DNA of 64,000 bases from Rhodothermales bacterium (GTDB lineage: Bacteria > Bacteroidota > Rhodothermia > Rhodothermales > Bin80): contig OZ244148.1 in assembly GCA_965216255.1 (NCBI GenBank), positions 4,692,359 to 4,756,358 of the forward strand, given 5' to 3'. Shown one piece after another: positions 35,676 to 45,651 of the stretch (its first letter is position 1; each line of letters opens with the position of its first letter). The translations under genes were made by a program, and so were the position numbers. Under the pieces are notes generated by a model, which was not told the origin of the DNA, did not search any database, and worked only from the letters and a program-made list of their open reading frames with translations.

Positions 35676-35960
35676 ATGGCCAAGAGACCCAGCATCGGCG
35701 CTGCCATGCGACAGGATGCGCACACTCCACCCCACCCACCCGTTACAGCACCCAGTGCGGTACAGGCGAGCCGGGCAGGAAAGGTGAACATAAGCGGTTA
35801 CTTCCCGCCCGAAGTGAAGTCGTCTTTGCGACTCGTGCAGGCTAAAAATGGCGGCAAAATCCAAGACCTGGTGGCCGAGGCCCTGAATCTTCTATTCGCC
35901 AAATATGGCGTACCGGAATCCGCCCCCACGCCCGACCTCAGCCATCGCAGAGGTCCCTGA
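35676..35960 (+). CDS. Small partition/RHH-type DNA-binding protein (ParG/ParB-like partner of ParA)
   Basis: AGGAGG at 35662-35667 lies 8 nt before the ATG at 35676. ..KVNISGYFPPEVKSSLRLVQAKNGGKIQDLVAEALNLLFAKYG resembles ribbon-helix-helix centromere-binding proteins. The call relies on position downstream of parA. Confidence 0.5.
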   Translation: MAKRPSIGAAMRQDAHTPPHPPVTAPSAVQASRAGKVNISGYFPPEVKSSLRLVQAKNGGKIQDLVAEALNLLFAKYGVPESAPTPDLSHRRGP

Positions 35961-35994
35961 CCATGCTATGCTGCATCGGCGGCCCAGGACCACG

Positions 35995-36090
35995 ATGGCC
36001 GCTTACCATGCCCTGAATCAGAATGTGAAACGCTCCGGACGTGAATGGCACGGGCGCTGCCAGGTCTGCGGCGGAGAGGACCGGTTCTGA
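35995..36090 (+). pseudogene. Remnant of a primase/helicase N-terminal zinc-ribbon (P4-alpha type)
   Basis: ..GREWHGRCQVCGGEDRF matches the CPxCGGxDRF motif of primase-helicase zinc-binding domains. The frame stops right after it and no toprim/helicase body follows. Confidence 0.35.
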
Positions 36091-36397
36091 TTTCTGAAAC
36101 CAAGCTGGGGTGCCAAGGCCGCTGTTCCGGTCTAGAGAGTCAGAGTCAGCCAGTCACGCTTTTAGCCTCTTGCTCTCGCACCATATCCGCGAGCCAAGAC
36201 GTCCGATGTTGCTGTATAATGAGCGGCCGCAAATAGGTGCTAACCGCAAGAATGGGGGTTCCCGTTTCTTCGTCCACCTGGCCTTCCAGGTGAGCTGCCA
36301 CCTTGGCGTCGAACTGCCTCTGTCGTTCTTCGGGCCAGCTCTCAAACAAGGCCTTTCCCAAGTTATTTAGTGTTGCATATCCCGATTGCCGGCATAT

Positions 36398-36976
36398 CTA
36401 CTCCGGCGGCGCAATCATGATATGGGCCGATGGAGTCCCAGGACGCATGATCCAGGGTGCACCGGGGGCCGAAGGTCTCTCGGGGATGCCTGTGGTCGCC
36501 TGCGTAGCATAGGGAATGTAGACGGCGTACAAGCCGATCCTCGCCTGTGCTGGATCGAAGGTGGCTGCATCCCCCACCACGTTGTAGACCGCAGCGGGCG
36601 CAGCAGGCATTGCTAACGCGCCGGCATCGGCCTCCTCGTGGCGGACGCGAAAGGACTCCTGCCCCTGGATGCCCTCGGCACGAAGCGCGCGGCCGCGCGC
36701 CATGTACGGCTCCAGCGCATTGTGGTAGCAGGCGACGTGAAACTGCTCGTCACCGGGCTTGTCGGCCAGGCACGTAAGGTCGTTGCTTCCCTGCCTGAGG
36801 GTGACCAGCATGCCATCGTTGTCGTAGCCGTACACGCGGGCTCCGTCACGCAACGCTTCGGGAGCCGCAAGGACGGCGTCTGTCACCTGCTGGTCCGCAT
36901 TGGAGATCTGGGCGCCGCAGTCAAGCGGCGCGAACAAGAAAGCCACAAGAATCAGACAGGCAGGGATTTGGTACAT
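36398..36976 (-). CDS. Secreted hypothetical protein
   Basis: N-terminal signal peptide MYQIPACLILVAFLFAPLDCGAQ. Coding-like composition. No catalytic motif recognised. Confidence 0.5.
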   Translation of the reverse strand: MYQIPACLILVAFLFAPLDCGAQISNADQQVTDAVLAAPEALRDGARVYGYDNDGMLVTLRQGSNDLTCLADKPGDEQFHVACYHNALEPYMARGRALRAEGIQGQESFRVRHEEADAGALAMPAAPAAVYNVVGDAATFDPAQARIGLYAVYIPYATQATTGIPERPSAPGAPWIMRPGTPSAHIMIAPPE

Positions 36977-37536
36977 CGCAAATGGGGCCCGGTTATGATT
37001 GGCAGTAGATCAAGAATACGGCTGCGCCAATCGCCAATGTACAGCAGGAGACGCGCAATAATGTCGGCAACGTTCGGCTGCGGCATCAATTCCTTCCACA
37101 CGCATGCACCGATTTCGGCAGTCTGAATGGTGCAGAGCCCGACCCTGTGCCTGTTACGGGAGTCGGTGCGTCGAATGCGGCCCGGATAGCGCTTTCCTAA
37201 CGCATGCAGAGGCTGGCCATCGCGCACGGCTCCGGTGCCCGGGAATATGGAAAAGCCGTAACATACGCGGAGCTCCGGTTCAAAGCGTGACCTATGCGGC
37301 TCCGGGGCCGGTCGGTCGCGGCCTGCCCAAAATATCAAAGGCGATGGTGATGGCGGATGAGTCTGAACATGCACTAGGCAGAATTACGAGATTGCTGAGA
37401 GGCGGCCCAATCCGGCGTATAAGGCGGCGCAGTGTGGAGAGGGCCCTCTTACCACGCCGATTAAGATCTCCGTTTGGTTGTAACTTGGTGCACATATCTA
37501 TTTCTTTGCATCCTCACGGTGTTTTTCGGCAGCTCC

Positions 37537-38961
37537 ATGGAATTCTTCTGGTACGATTACGAGACAATGGGGCGCAACCCGCGCGTAGCCCGCGCGGCGC
37601 AGTTTTACGGTGTGCGGACAAATGCCGAGCTTGAGGAGATTGCAAAGCCTGTTGAGCTCTACTGCCGCCCGTCCCTCGACTGGCTCCCGGAACCCACGGC
37701 GTGCGCCGTCCACGAACTGACGCCGCAGAAACTAAGCGCAAGAGGGCTTGAGGAGGCCGTATTCGCCGGGCACATTCATGATGAATTGGCGAAGCCCCAT
37801 ACCTGCGCCGTAGGGTACAACGCCACGCGTTTTGATCATGAGGTTTCGCGGTTCCTGTTCTGGCGAAGCTTGCGCGATCCCTATGCTTGGCACTGGCGCG
37901 ACGGCAACACCAAATGGGATCTGATAGACCTCATGCGGGCGGCCTACGTGCTGCGCCCGGGCGGATTGGCATGGCCGACGAACGATAAGGGAAATACGAG
38001 CTTCAGGCTGCAAGACCTTGGAGAAATAAATAACGTATTGCACGTGCCGAGCCACACAGCCGACGCCGACGTCAAGACGCTGCTGGCCCTGGCCCGCCTG
38101 GTGCGGTCAGCGCAGCCGCGGCTTTTCGATTACTACCTCAAGCTGCGGGATTGGAAAGAGGTCAGACGCCAGTTGGAAGACGTGTTTCTTTGGGTCTCCG
38201 GCCAGATTTCTTCGTCGCGGGGCTGTGCTGCGCTGATGGTAGCGCTCGGCAACGATCCCGCCTACGAAAAGAGACTACTTGCGTTTGACCTGGAGATAGA
38301 CCCCCACACCCTCGTCGACCTATCGGACAAAGAATTGGCTGACCGCCTCTCTCAGCGGGACGGCGGCATGCGGCCTGTCCATGCCATTGCAATGAACAGC
38401 AGCCCCTTCGTTGTGGGAAAGAGCCACCTCGCTGGCATGATGGCGTCCACGGCGCTAAAGGAGCGGGCGGGGCTGGACGTCGACCGGATGAGAGGCCATT
38501 ACCAGGCCCTCAGGTCGCACCCGCTACTCCGGGCACGGCTGCTTGATGCCTGGCAATCATACTGGAATTCCCGGGAGCAGGAGGATCTGGATGTCGACGA
38601 GGCGCTGTATGCAGGCTTCATGCCCGATCGTGACCGTTACCAGCTCGAAAATCTGCATAGCAATGATCCCGCCTTTACGCAGGCCGAGGGCATTGCCTTT
38701 GAGGACGGCAGACTGCCCGAGCTCATCTTTCGCTATCGCGCAAGAAATTTCCCGAATACGCTGGCACCCGCAGAAAAGGAGCGGTGGCGCATGCACTGCC
38801 AGAGGAGGCACCTTTCGCCGGATGCGGAAGGGCGTACGGCCATGGATCGGTATTTCGACAAGATTCGGGAATTGCGTGAGGCGGAGCCGCAAAGGAACAT
38901 TCTTTGGGAAGCCCTGGAAAGCTACGGCGATGTCTTGCAAAAGCAGCTTGTCGCCGAATAG
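37537..38961 (+). CDS. sbcB: Exodeoxyribonuclease I
   Basis: The start was set at MEFFWYDYETMG (ExoI motif DxE, as in E. coli SbcB FLFHDYETFG). Exo II GYNATRFDHEV and Exo III HTADADV are present, followed by an SbcB-like C-terminal region. Confidence 0.85.
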   Translation: MEFFWYDYETMGRNPRVARAAQFYGVRTNAELEEIAKPVELYCRPSLDWLPEPTACAVHELTPQKLSARGLEEAVFAGHIHDELAKPHTCAVGYNATRFDHEVSRFLFWRSLRDPYAWHWRDGNTKWDLIDLMRAAYVLRPGGLAWPTNDKGNTSFRLQDLGEINNVLHVPSHTADADVKTLLALARLVRSAQPRLFDYYLKLRDWKEVRRQLEDVFLWVSGQISSSRGCAALMVALGNDPAYEKRLLAFDLEIDPHTLVDLSDKELADRLSQRDGGMRPVHAIAMNSSPFVVGKSHLAGMMASTALKERAGLDVDRMRGHYQALRSHPLLRARLLDAWQSYWNSREQEDLDVDEALYAGFMPDRDRYQLENLHSNDPAFTQAEGIAFEDGRLPELIFRYRARNFPNTLAPAEKERWRMHCQRRHLSPDAEGRTAMDRYFDKIRELREAEPQRNILWEALESYGDVLQKQLVAE

Positions 38962-38967
38962 GCAGGT

Positions 38968-41967
38968 ATGGCTAGAAAACCGCTCCGCGTTGGCCTTGGA
39001 CACCTCTTCACCACGGGGCAGGATACGGCAAGGGACTCCATTGTCCACATTGCCGGAGCAGGCTTTGGTGCCAAGGGCGATCCAAAGGAGTGTGACTGGG
39101 TCCTTAATCCGGGCCGGAAGATTTCCCAGCGACTGTACAACCTGACCGGCATCAGCGGGCGCGAAAGCGCCGCCCAGCCGTCTTGGAGCAAAGCCCGGAA
39201 GGACATCTCGGGCTTCTTTGCCGGCCTGGATGTGCTCTTCGTCTGCAGCATTCGCCGCCAGCCGGACTGGTTCCGGGACGTCGTACTGCGCGGCGTGAAT
39301 GCGCCTCCGGTGCTGGTTGATTTACTGGAGATGACGCAGTTCTTCCGGCCCGAGGTCGGCATCCCGTACACGGAGGGGGCGCTCATTCAGATGGTGCCCG
39401 CAAAGCGCGAGCGGAAAGGCGGCCGCCCGCTGCTGCGCGCCCTCGACGGGCTGCGCCTGCTGCTTTCGCGTGTGCTGTCGGCGCTTCTGGAGGGCAATGC
39501 TGCGGATTCGGATGATGCGCAGTTCGCGTTATATGGGCTTCTTGGCGAAGCGCTTTCGGCAGAGCGTGCGCCGCCGGAATTCGAGGCGCTTTTCGGCGTT
39601 GCAAGGTGCGCCCATGCGATCCGCTGGGAGAAGGGCCGCTCCGGCCTCCTCTACGACAGGCCGAGAGCGATGCCAGGGGAGGATCTGCGGGCCTATGTCC
39701 GAAGCTGGCAGCCGGGCGCGCGCACCGATGGCCAGCGGCGCAGGGAGGCGCCAGGCAGTGCCAAGGCCATCAAGTGGCCGCGCGTGGAGCGGGTGCTCGA
39801 AGGCCTTTCCACCGTCATTCCGGGCTTCGAAAAACGCCCGGAGCAGGTCCGGTACGCCCGTTTCTGCACGGAGGCCATTAACAGCAAGGGTACCTACGTG
39901 GCGGAGGCCGGAACCGGTACCGGCAAGACGTTGGGCTATTTCATTCCGGCCTGCGAGCATGCCCGCCTGAATCCGGGTCTGCAGGTGGTGATCGCCACCA
40001 GCACCAAGAACCTGATGGGGCAGATCATCGACAAGGAATGGAAGACGCTCCAATCTATGCCCGAGGCCATATACCGGGACATCAGGGCAGCGCTCCTGAA
40101 AGGCAAGCAGAACTATCTCTGCATTTCTGCGCTGCGCGGCCTGTATGGCGATGCGGAGTACCGGAATGGCGATGCGGTGGCGCGCCTATCCTGGCTCTAC
40201 CTGTTTTTCGTGCTTTTGCGCGGCGAAGGCCGGTGGGAGGGGGCCCCGGCCGGCTTCGAGGACAGATTCAAGCGTCTGCGCGAATTCGCCCAGACCGTCA
40301 ATGCGCAGGAGGCCTGCGTGAAGGGCCTGTGCTCCATGGGCCTGGACTGCGTGTATCCGCGGGCGCTGAAGAGCGCCCGCGAGGCCAATATCGTGATCAC
40401 GAATCACCACAAGCTGGCGACGCTGGACGATGATTTCAGCGAGCGCCACTCCCTCTGCATCATTGACGAGGCGGACCTTTTTCCGGATAACCTGCGCAGC
40501 TCCAGGACAATTGACGTTTCACGCGTCCGCCTGTACCGGTTTCTGAGGCACATGCTCGGTACCAGGCGGCGACGGAGTTTTCCGCAGATTCTGGCAGAGC
40601 GGGTTGGGCAAGCGAAGTCGGACGACAAGGATGCCGGTCTCATTAAGGCCAATCTGGAACGCATCACGCGTTACTGTCATGCGCTAAACCCGATACTTGA
40701 ATCCATCGGGGACATAGGCCCGGCACGTGGCCATGGCATCCGGTGGGACGACATGCACTGCGAAAACCGGAGGGAACTGCATTCCGCTCTCGACCAGCTA
40801 CGACAGGGCCTGGAGACCATTGAATTCCTCTGGAGCGGCATTGCAAATAGCAAGCGGTACGAGTCGCGCAGTGAAGAGAAAAAGTGGCGCCAGCGCGAGC
40901 GGAGGTCCGTGCTGCAGAGTCAAAACCTGGCGCAGGAGCTTTTTGCCGACATGGCGCAGCTGGTGTCGGACTACCCGTCCCAGGCCTACATCTTCGTGTA
41001 TGAACGCCTGGACTGGTTCTGGTCGATCCGCAAGGTCCCATTCGAGTTCTCGGAATCCGAGGGCCCCGGATCCGACTTCGTATCGCAGCTGCAAGAGGGT
41101 GGGAAAGGGACTGTCATATTCACGTCAGCCACGCTGTACGTGGATGGCAAGCTGAATCTTTTCTGCCGGGAGCTCTACCACGAAGACGCAGCCATGCGCC
41201 GCTTCCGCGGGACGACGCAGCTGGCCTCGCCGTTTAGATGGCAGGAGCAGGTGGGCGGTGCGGTGGCGGCGTTTCTGCCGCGGTATTCTTTCTCGGGTGG
41301 CAAGGCACGCGGCGAAGATGGCCAGCCGACGTGGAAGGAGGAGGTAGCCAGAACCATTGCTGTACTGTCGGTAGCCCTGTACGGACGGACGCTGGTGCTG
41401 TTTACGAACACGCAGGAAATGCGCGACATTTACGAGCGCCTCCAACCCATTCTGGAGTCCTACGACATTGAGCCGCTGCTCCAGAGCGGCACCAGTCGCA
41501 GCGTGATCGAAACGTTCGGTGCTGTTGAGCAGAGCGTGCTTTTCGGCGTCAACCGCTTCTGGACAGGCGTGGACTTTCCCGGTCCGACGCTAAGTCAGGT
41601 CATCATCGTGCGGCTGCCCAACCCGAACCTGAATGATCCCCTGGTCAAGCATCGGCGGCAGTACTGGGACCGGAGCGTATTCTGGAAAAGCTGGTATGGT
41701 CCGACTACGCGCCTCATGCTCCGGCAGGGGTTCGGGCGCCTCATCCGCCGGCAGTCCGACAGCGGGGTTGTTGTCATCCTTGATCAGCGTATCGTAACGC
41801 AGGCTCTCATGCGCCGGCACGCGGAGGCATTTCCGGTTGAGCTCCAATGCTTCCAGCATTCGGCCTTGGAGCTCGCGGACTGGTCGGTCAAGCGACTGCA
41901 GCTGGGCAGGGAATTGCGTGCGCGTGGCGCGGATCTCGAGGCGCTGCACCGAAAGCTGCGGCCGTGA
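38968..41967 (+). CDS. DinG/XPD-family Fe-S helicase with a degenerate N-terminal DnaQ-like exonuclease domain
   Basis: Walker A AEAGTGTGKTLGY. Four Cys (NYLCISAL, EACVKGLCSMGLDC) lie between Walker A and the DEAD/H box IIDEADLF. Also ITNHHKL and the C-terminal GFGRLIRRQSDSGVVVILDQR. At the N-terminus, the position of the exonuclease FDxETTG motif reads LGHLFTTGQ, so the acidic residues are lost. Confidence 0.8.
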   Translation: MARKPLRVGLGHLFTTGQDTARDSIVHIAGAGFGAKGDPKECDWVLNPGRKISQRLYNLTGISGRESAAQPSWSKARKDISGFFAGLDVLFVCSIRRQPDWFRDVVLRGVNAPPVLVDLLEMTQFFRPEVGIPYTEGALIQMVPAKRERKGGRPLLRALDGLRLLLSRVLSALLEGNAADSDDAQFALYGLLGEALSAERAPPEFEALFGVARCAHAIRWEKGRSGLLYDRPRAMPGEDLRAYVRSWQPGARTDGQRRREAPGSAKAIKWPRVERVLEGLSTVIPGFEKRPEQVRYARFCTEAINSKGTYVAEAGTGTGKTLGYFIPACEHARLNPGLQVVIATSTKNLMGQIIDKEWKTLQSMPEAIYRDIRAALLKGKQNYLCISALRGLYGDAEYRNGDAVARLSWLYLFFVLLRGEGRWEGAPAGFEDRFKRLREFAQTVNAQEACVKGLCSMGLDCVYPRALKSAREANIVITNHHKLATLDDDFSERHSLCIIDEADLFPDNLRSSRTIDVSRVRLYRFLRHMLGTRRRRSFPQILAERVGQAKSDDKDAGLIKANLERITRYCHALNPILESIGDIGPARGHGIRWDDMHCENRRELHSALDQLRQGLETIEFLWSGIANSKRYESRSEEKKWRQRERRSVLQSQNLAQELFADMAQLVSDYPSQAYIFVYERLDWFWSIRKVPFEFSESEGPGSDFVSQLQEGGKGTVIFTSATLYVDGKLNLFCRELYHEDAAMRRFRGTTQLASPFRWQEQVGGAVAAFLPRYSFSGGKARGEDGQPTWKEEVARTIAVLSVALYGRTLVLFTNTQEMRDIYERLQPILESYDIEPLLQSGTSRSVIETFGAVEQSVLFGVNRFWTGVDFPGPTLSQVIIVRLPNPNLNDPLVKHRRQYWDRSVFWKSWYGPTTRLMLRQGFGRLIRRQSDSGVVVILDQRIVTQALMRRHAEAFPVELQCFQHSALELADWSVKRLQLGRELRARGADLEALHRKLRP

Positions 41968-42355
41968 AGGCAAGCCGGATCTACTCTTCGGCTATGCGCT
42001 TCGACACGGCAGCGTGACCAGGGACGCCGCGGCCAGGGTGCTACGCCTCGAAACGCCGGCCGCGGGCTTGCCCCCGCCCGGCACCGCCCGGCTTGGCTCT
42101 AGCCCGCATCGCTCACCAAGATCTTGTTTCGCCGGGATTGGAGGTGTTTGTAGGCAATGGGTCACAGTCTGGGAACGCGAATGCTGATCCCCGCTTTCTG
42201 AAGCGTTTAGTCGGCGGTAGTAAGCGCTGTTTTGGGCACGCTTCGAGCGGCAATCAGAGCGTTTGTGCGCGTACCCGTGCTTCTTGGATACACGTATCCT
42301 GCGACCACAAAGTGGAGTCTATCAACCTCTGGAATAGGTCGGGCCAGAAAGTGTC

Positions 42356-43678
42356 GAGAAACTGTCAAATCTTGGGTCTGCAGAATGCCGCGGCGTATCT
42401 TTGTGGAGTACCCATCAATCGCCCTAGACGGGCATATCCGGACTACATCGCATGACAGACCCAACAGAATCCAACGTACACTCACTCCTTACCCGTGAGG
42501 AGGCACTCAGCACCCTGGATGACCTGGTGCGCAGCTCCGCCCGGCGCATGCTTCAGGCAGCGCTCGAGCGGCAAGCCGACGACTACGTGAAGGCCCATAC
42601 ACACCTGCGGAATGAGCACGGCCACCGAGTCGTCAAACGCAATGGCCACCATCCGCAGAGAGAAATCCTCACGGGTGCGGGCCCGCTAGCGATCCAGCGG
42701 CCCCATATCCGTGACCCTCGAGAAGGGCATACCTTCACCAGCGCCATACTGCCGCGCTATATGCGCCGCAGTCCGTCGTTGGCCGATCGAAGATCGGCTG
42801 ATGCACTCATTCCGGCCTTGTACCTGCGGGCAGTTTCGACCGACTTTCCTCTGGCCGTGGAGGCCATACTCGGGCCGCAAGCTGGCAACCTGTCGTCATC
42901 GTCGATCAGCCGACTCAAGGGGGCCTGGCTGGAGGAATACCGGCAATGGAACAATCGGGACCCCGCGGGCAAGCGGTATGTTTACCTCTGGGCTGACGGG
43001 CTGTACTTCCATGTTCGCATGGGAAACGAGCGTCCATGTATGCTTGTTATTATGGGAGTTACACCCGATGGCAAGAAAGAACTCGTAGGGCTATTGGACG
43101 CAGAGCGGGAAAGCAGGCTGTCCTGGAAGGAGTTATTGCTGGACAACGAGGCTTGGACGTAGCGCCTAAGGCGGCCACAGCAGACGGAGGTCTGGGCTTC
43201 TGGGCTGCGTTGGATGAAGTATACCCCTCCACGCTACAACAGCGATGCTGGGTGCACAAGACAGCCAACGTGCCGGGTAAGCTACTATAAGAAGCTGCAG
43301 GGATCTGCGAAAGAGAGGCTCCGTGGCATCTATACGGCACCGTCCAGGAAGGATGCCCTGAAGGCGCTCGATACCTTCGAGGATCTCTTCGGAGGCGCCT
43401 ACGAGAAGGCGCTCACCTGTCTGCGCAAGGATCAAGAGGAGCTCTTGAGCTTCTACCAGTTCCCGCCCGAACACTGGGTTCACCTTCGGACTTCGAATCC
43501 CATTGAGTCCACGTTTGCGAGCGCAGGGAAACGTACACGGCAAACCAAGGGATGCGGCAGCCGGGAGGCGACACTGATGATGGTTTACAAGCTGTGCCGG
43601 GCAGCGGAGAAACGCTGGCGGAGGCTGACTGGATCGCAACTGCTCATCCGTGTGTTGGAAACAACCCCACACGAGTAA
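42356..43678 (+). mobile_element. IS256-family element, copy B: intact left end, frameshifted transposase, right end missing
   Basis: The left end GAGAAACTGTCAAATCTTGGGTCTGCAGAATGCCGCGGC is at 42356. The transposase lies in three frames (42452..43162, 43036..43290, 43214..43678). Relative to copy A, the last 12 codons and the terminal repeat are absent. Confidence 0.8.
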
Positions 43679-43811
43679 CCAGTGAGTGTACGTTGGATTC
43701 TATTGGGTCTGTCATACGATGTAGTCCGGATATGCCCGTCTAGGGCGATCGATGGGTACTCCACAAAGATACGCCTCGGCATTCTGAAGACCCAAGATTT
43801 TACAGTTTCTC
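43679..43811 (-). mobile_element. Isolated about 130-nt IS256 left-end fragment in inverted orientation, fused to the truncated copy B
   Basis: 43679-43811 aligns with 26852-26984 (same orientation). It includes the reverse complement of the first about 12 transposase codons (MTDPIESNVHSL) and the terminal repeat ..CAGTTTCTC. Confidence 0.8.
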
Positions 43812-44414
43812 CGCCGTCTGCACGCCTATGGCGATGACCTGATCGCAGCCAAAAACCGCCGGCACGCCGCACGGTCTTCGATGACCACCAGCGAAGTGGT
43901 GCTGCGTGACATCGTGGCGCACATTGAGCACCTCCACGAGCGCATGGACGAACTGGAGAAGCAGGCCCAGCACCTGATCTATAGTATGCCCGCGTTGGCG
44001 CAAGCCTACGCACTGCTAACCAGCGTCAAGGGTATTGCCCGGCGCAGCGCCATCCAGCTGATGGCGGAGCTGCTCTGCTTGCCGGATGCCCTGACGGTGC
44101 GTGAGTGGGTCGCATATGCCGGACTTGACGTGCGCGAATACAAGTCCGGAACATGTGTGCGACGGCCGCGCTGCATCTCCAAGGTGGGTAATGCCCACCT
44201 GCGCAGAGCCCTCTACATGCCTGCCCAGGTGGCGATTCAGCACGATCCCCACGTAGGAGGTTTCTACGAGAAGCTCCTGGGCAAGGATAAGAAATCAATG
44301 GTGGCTGTGGTGGCTGTCATGCGGAAGCTGCTACATGCCATCTACAGCATGCTGAAACACGGCACACCCTTCGACGGCGCGAAATTCTACCAGATACCCG
44401 TGCCTACCTCTTGA
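43812..44414 (+). pseudogene. IS110-family transposase, C-terminal about 200 codons
   Basis: The frame is open from the IS256 junction: LRRLHAYGDDLIAAKNRRHAA.., then ..LLTSVKGIARRSAIQLMAEL..EWVAYAGLDVREYKSG..ISKVGNAHLRRALYMPA..KKSMVAVVAVMRKLLHAIY (the Transposase_20 region). Confidence 0.75.
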
Positions 44415-44484
44415 CTTTCAAGAGGGTGTTTATAGAAAAGTTGAAACCAGCCTACATTGAAGCGGGCCGCGTTAACGGATGTCT

Positions 44485-44730
44485 CTACTTGCGCTGCTGT
44501 TGTTCGTTGATCTTTTGTTCGGCCTCGGGATTCGTGGGTCGTAACAATGCGCGTGCAATATCCTCGGGCGTCTTGCCTCGATAACGCGGATTCGCCGCTG
44601 GCCGCTTCGGCCAGTCTGTGGAAACGATCGTGTTCGATATGCGGTCGAACTCATTCGGTGGCTGCTTATCGGTTTCCATTTTGTTCTGCCTCACAACATT
44701 AAATTGCGCTTGGTCTGTTTGCCTTGACAA
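44485..44730 (-). CDS. Small hypothetical protein (81 aa)
   Basis: An open frame on the same strand as the protease gene and 220 nt downstream of it. Its segment TDWPKRPAANPRYRGKTPEDIARA recurs at 59866-59937. No function recognised. Confidence 0.3.
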   Translation of the reverse strand: MSRQTDQAQFNVVRQNKMETDKQPPNEFDRISNTIVSTDWPKRPAANPRYRGKTPEDIARALLRPTNPEAEQKINEQQQRK

Positions 44731-44949
44731 CGTACGTGCCGGTGGCTATATCCGCCAGCGCATTTTCGGTTCATCTAGCTCGATATCTACCGACGCTTGC
44801 TTAGCTCGCGTTCGGCATCCTAGACCGGTCGCTGGAAGTTCGGTGAACGCAGAATGTGAATTCCGACGCATGATCGCCGATTCATGGAATCATTGCATCG
44901 GTTATACGTATACTCAAATGCGTGCCTACAACCAATGAACCAATGGTTG

Positions 44950-45651
44950 TTATTTGCTCGTTTCGGAGTCGGTCGCTGAATCATTAGCCATCCCCCGCGT
45001 TTCGTCAACCGATTGAATGGCATTGACTGCCATGCGCAAATCCGAAACATCTTGAGCTATCGAAAGCCCCGGAAGCGTTTCGCCAGCAGTTCGGTTCGGC
45101 CGATAGGCCGTTATGGATCCTATAATCTCGATTCTGCTACCTCTGTCTTTAACGAAAACGGGGCCTCCACTTACGCCGCTTATGGCTACTCCATCAATCA
45201 GATACTCATGACTACTTTGGCTAAAATCACCCCTGCCGCTGCTGATTCTGCCAGAAAAGAAACACAGACTGAAGTCGAAAGGGTATCCAATCCATCCGAC
45301 TTCAGTTCCCAGCGGAAGCATGACCCCAGGTGGGAGCAATTCTATAGGGCTGCTTGGAAGGTCAAGCTCTCTCTGCCCAATCAGGAGAACAGCTAAGTCT
45401 TTGCCGGTAGGGTCCATTAAGATTACCCGATCATCTTCCTTGTAAAGCTCTGGCGAATCGGATCCATGCCGATACAACCTTATCGGTGTCTGCCATTTGG
45501 CCGCATGTGTAACAACGTGGCGGGCCGTAGCTATACCGTAATACCTTGTCTCGCCGGCAATCACGCATAAGAATCCTGTTCCGTGTCCATGTGGGGTCTC
45601 GATCTTGACTACATGTGGTTGAATCTGCTTTACTACGTCGGCCCAATCCAT
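44950..45651 (-). CDS. Stand-alone trypsin-like (S1/chymotrypsin fold) serine protease, no signal peptide
   Basis: Triad contexts in the correct order: TARHVV (His), KDLAVLLI (Asp), ISGVSGGPVF (GxSGG Ser). N-terminus is MDWADVVKQIQPHVVKIETPHGHGTGF. By eye the region is AT-richer than its surroundings. Confidence 0.7.
   Translation of the reverse strand: MDWADVVKQIQPHVVKIETPHGHGTGFLCVIAGETRYYGIATARHVVTHAAKWQTPIRLYRHGSDSPELYKEDDRVILMDPTGKDLAVLLIGQRELDLPSSPIELLPPGVMLPLGTEVGWIGYPFDFSLCFFSGRISSGRGDFSQSSHEYLIDGVAISGVSGGPVFVKDRGSRIEIIGSITAYRPNRTAGETLPGLSIAQDVSDLRMAVNAIQSVDETRGMANDSATDSETSK

Noticed and set aside
42348-42355. The 7-nt identity between the left flank of copy B (aaagtgtc) and the right flank of copy C (taagtgtc, 17771-17778), as a possible separated target duplication.
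   Set aside because: Both flanks abut left (transposase 5') ends. A duplication pair must abut one left and one right end, and a single inversion between copies does not produce this arrangement. I treat it as coincidence or target preference.
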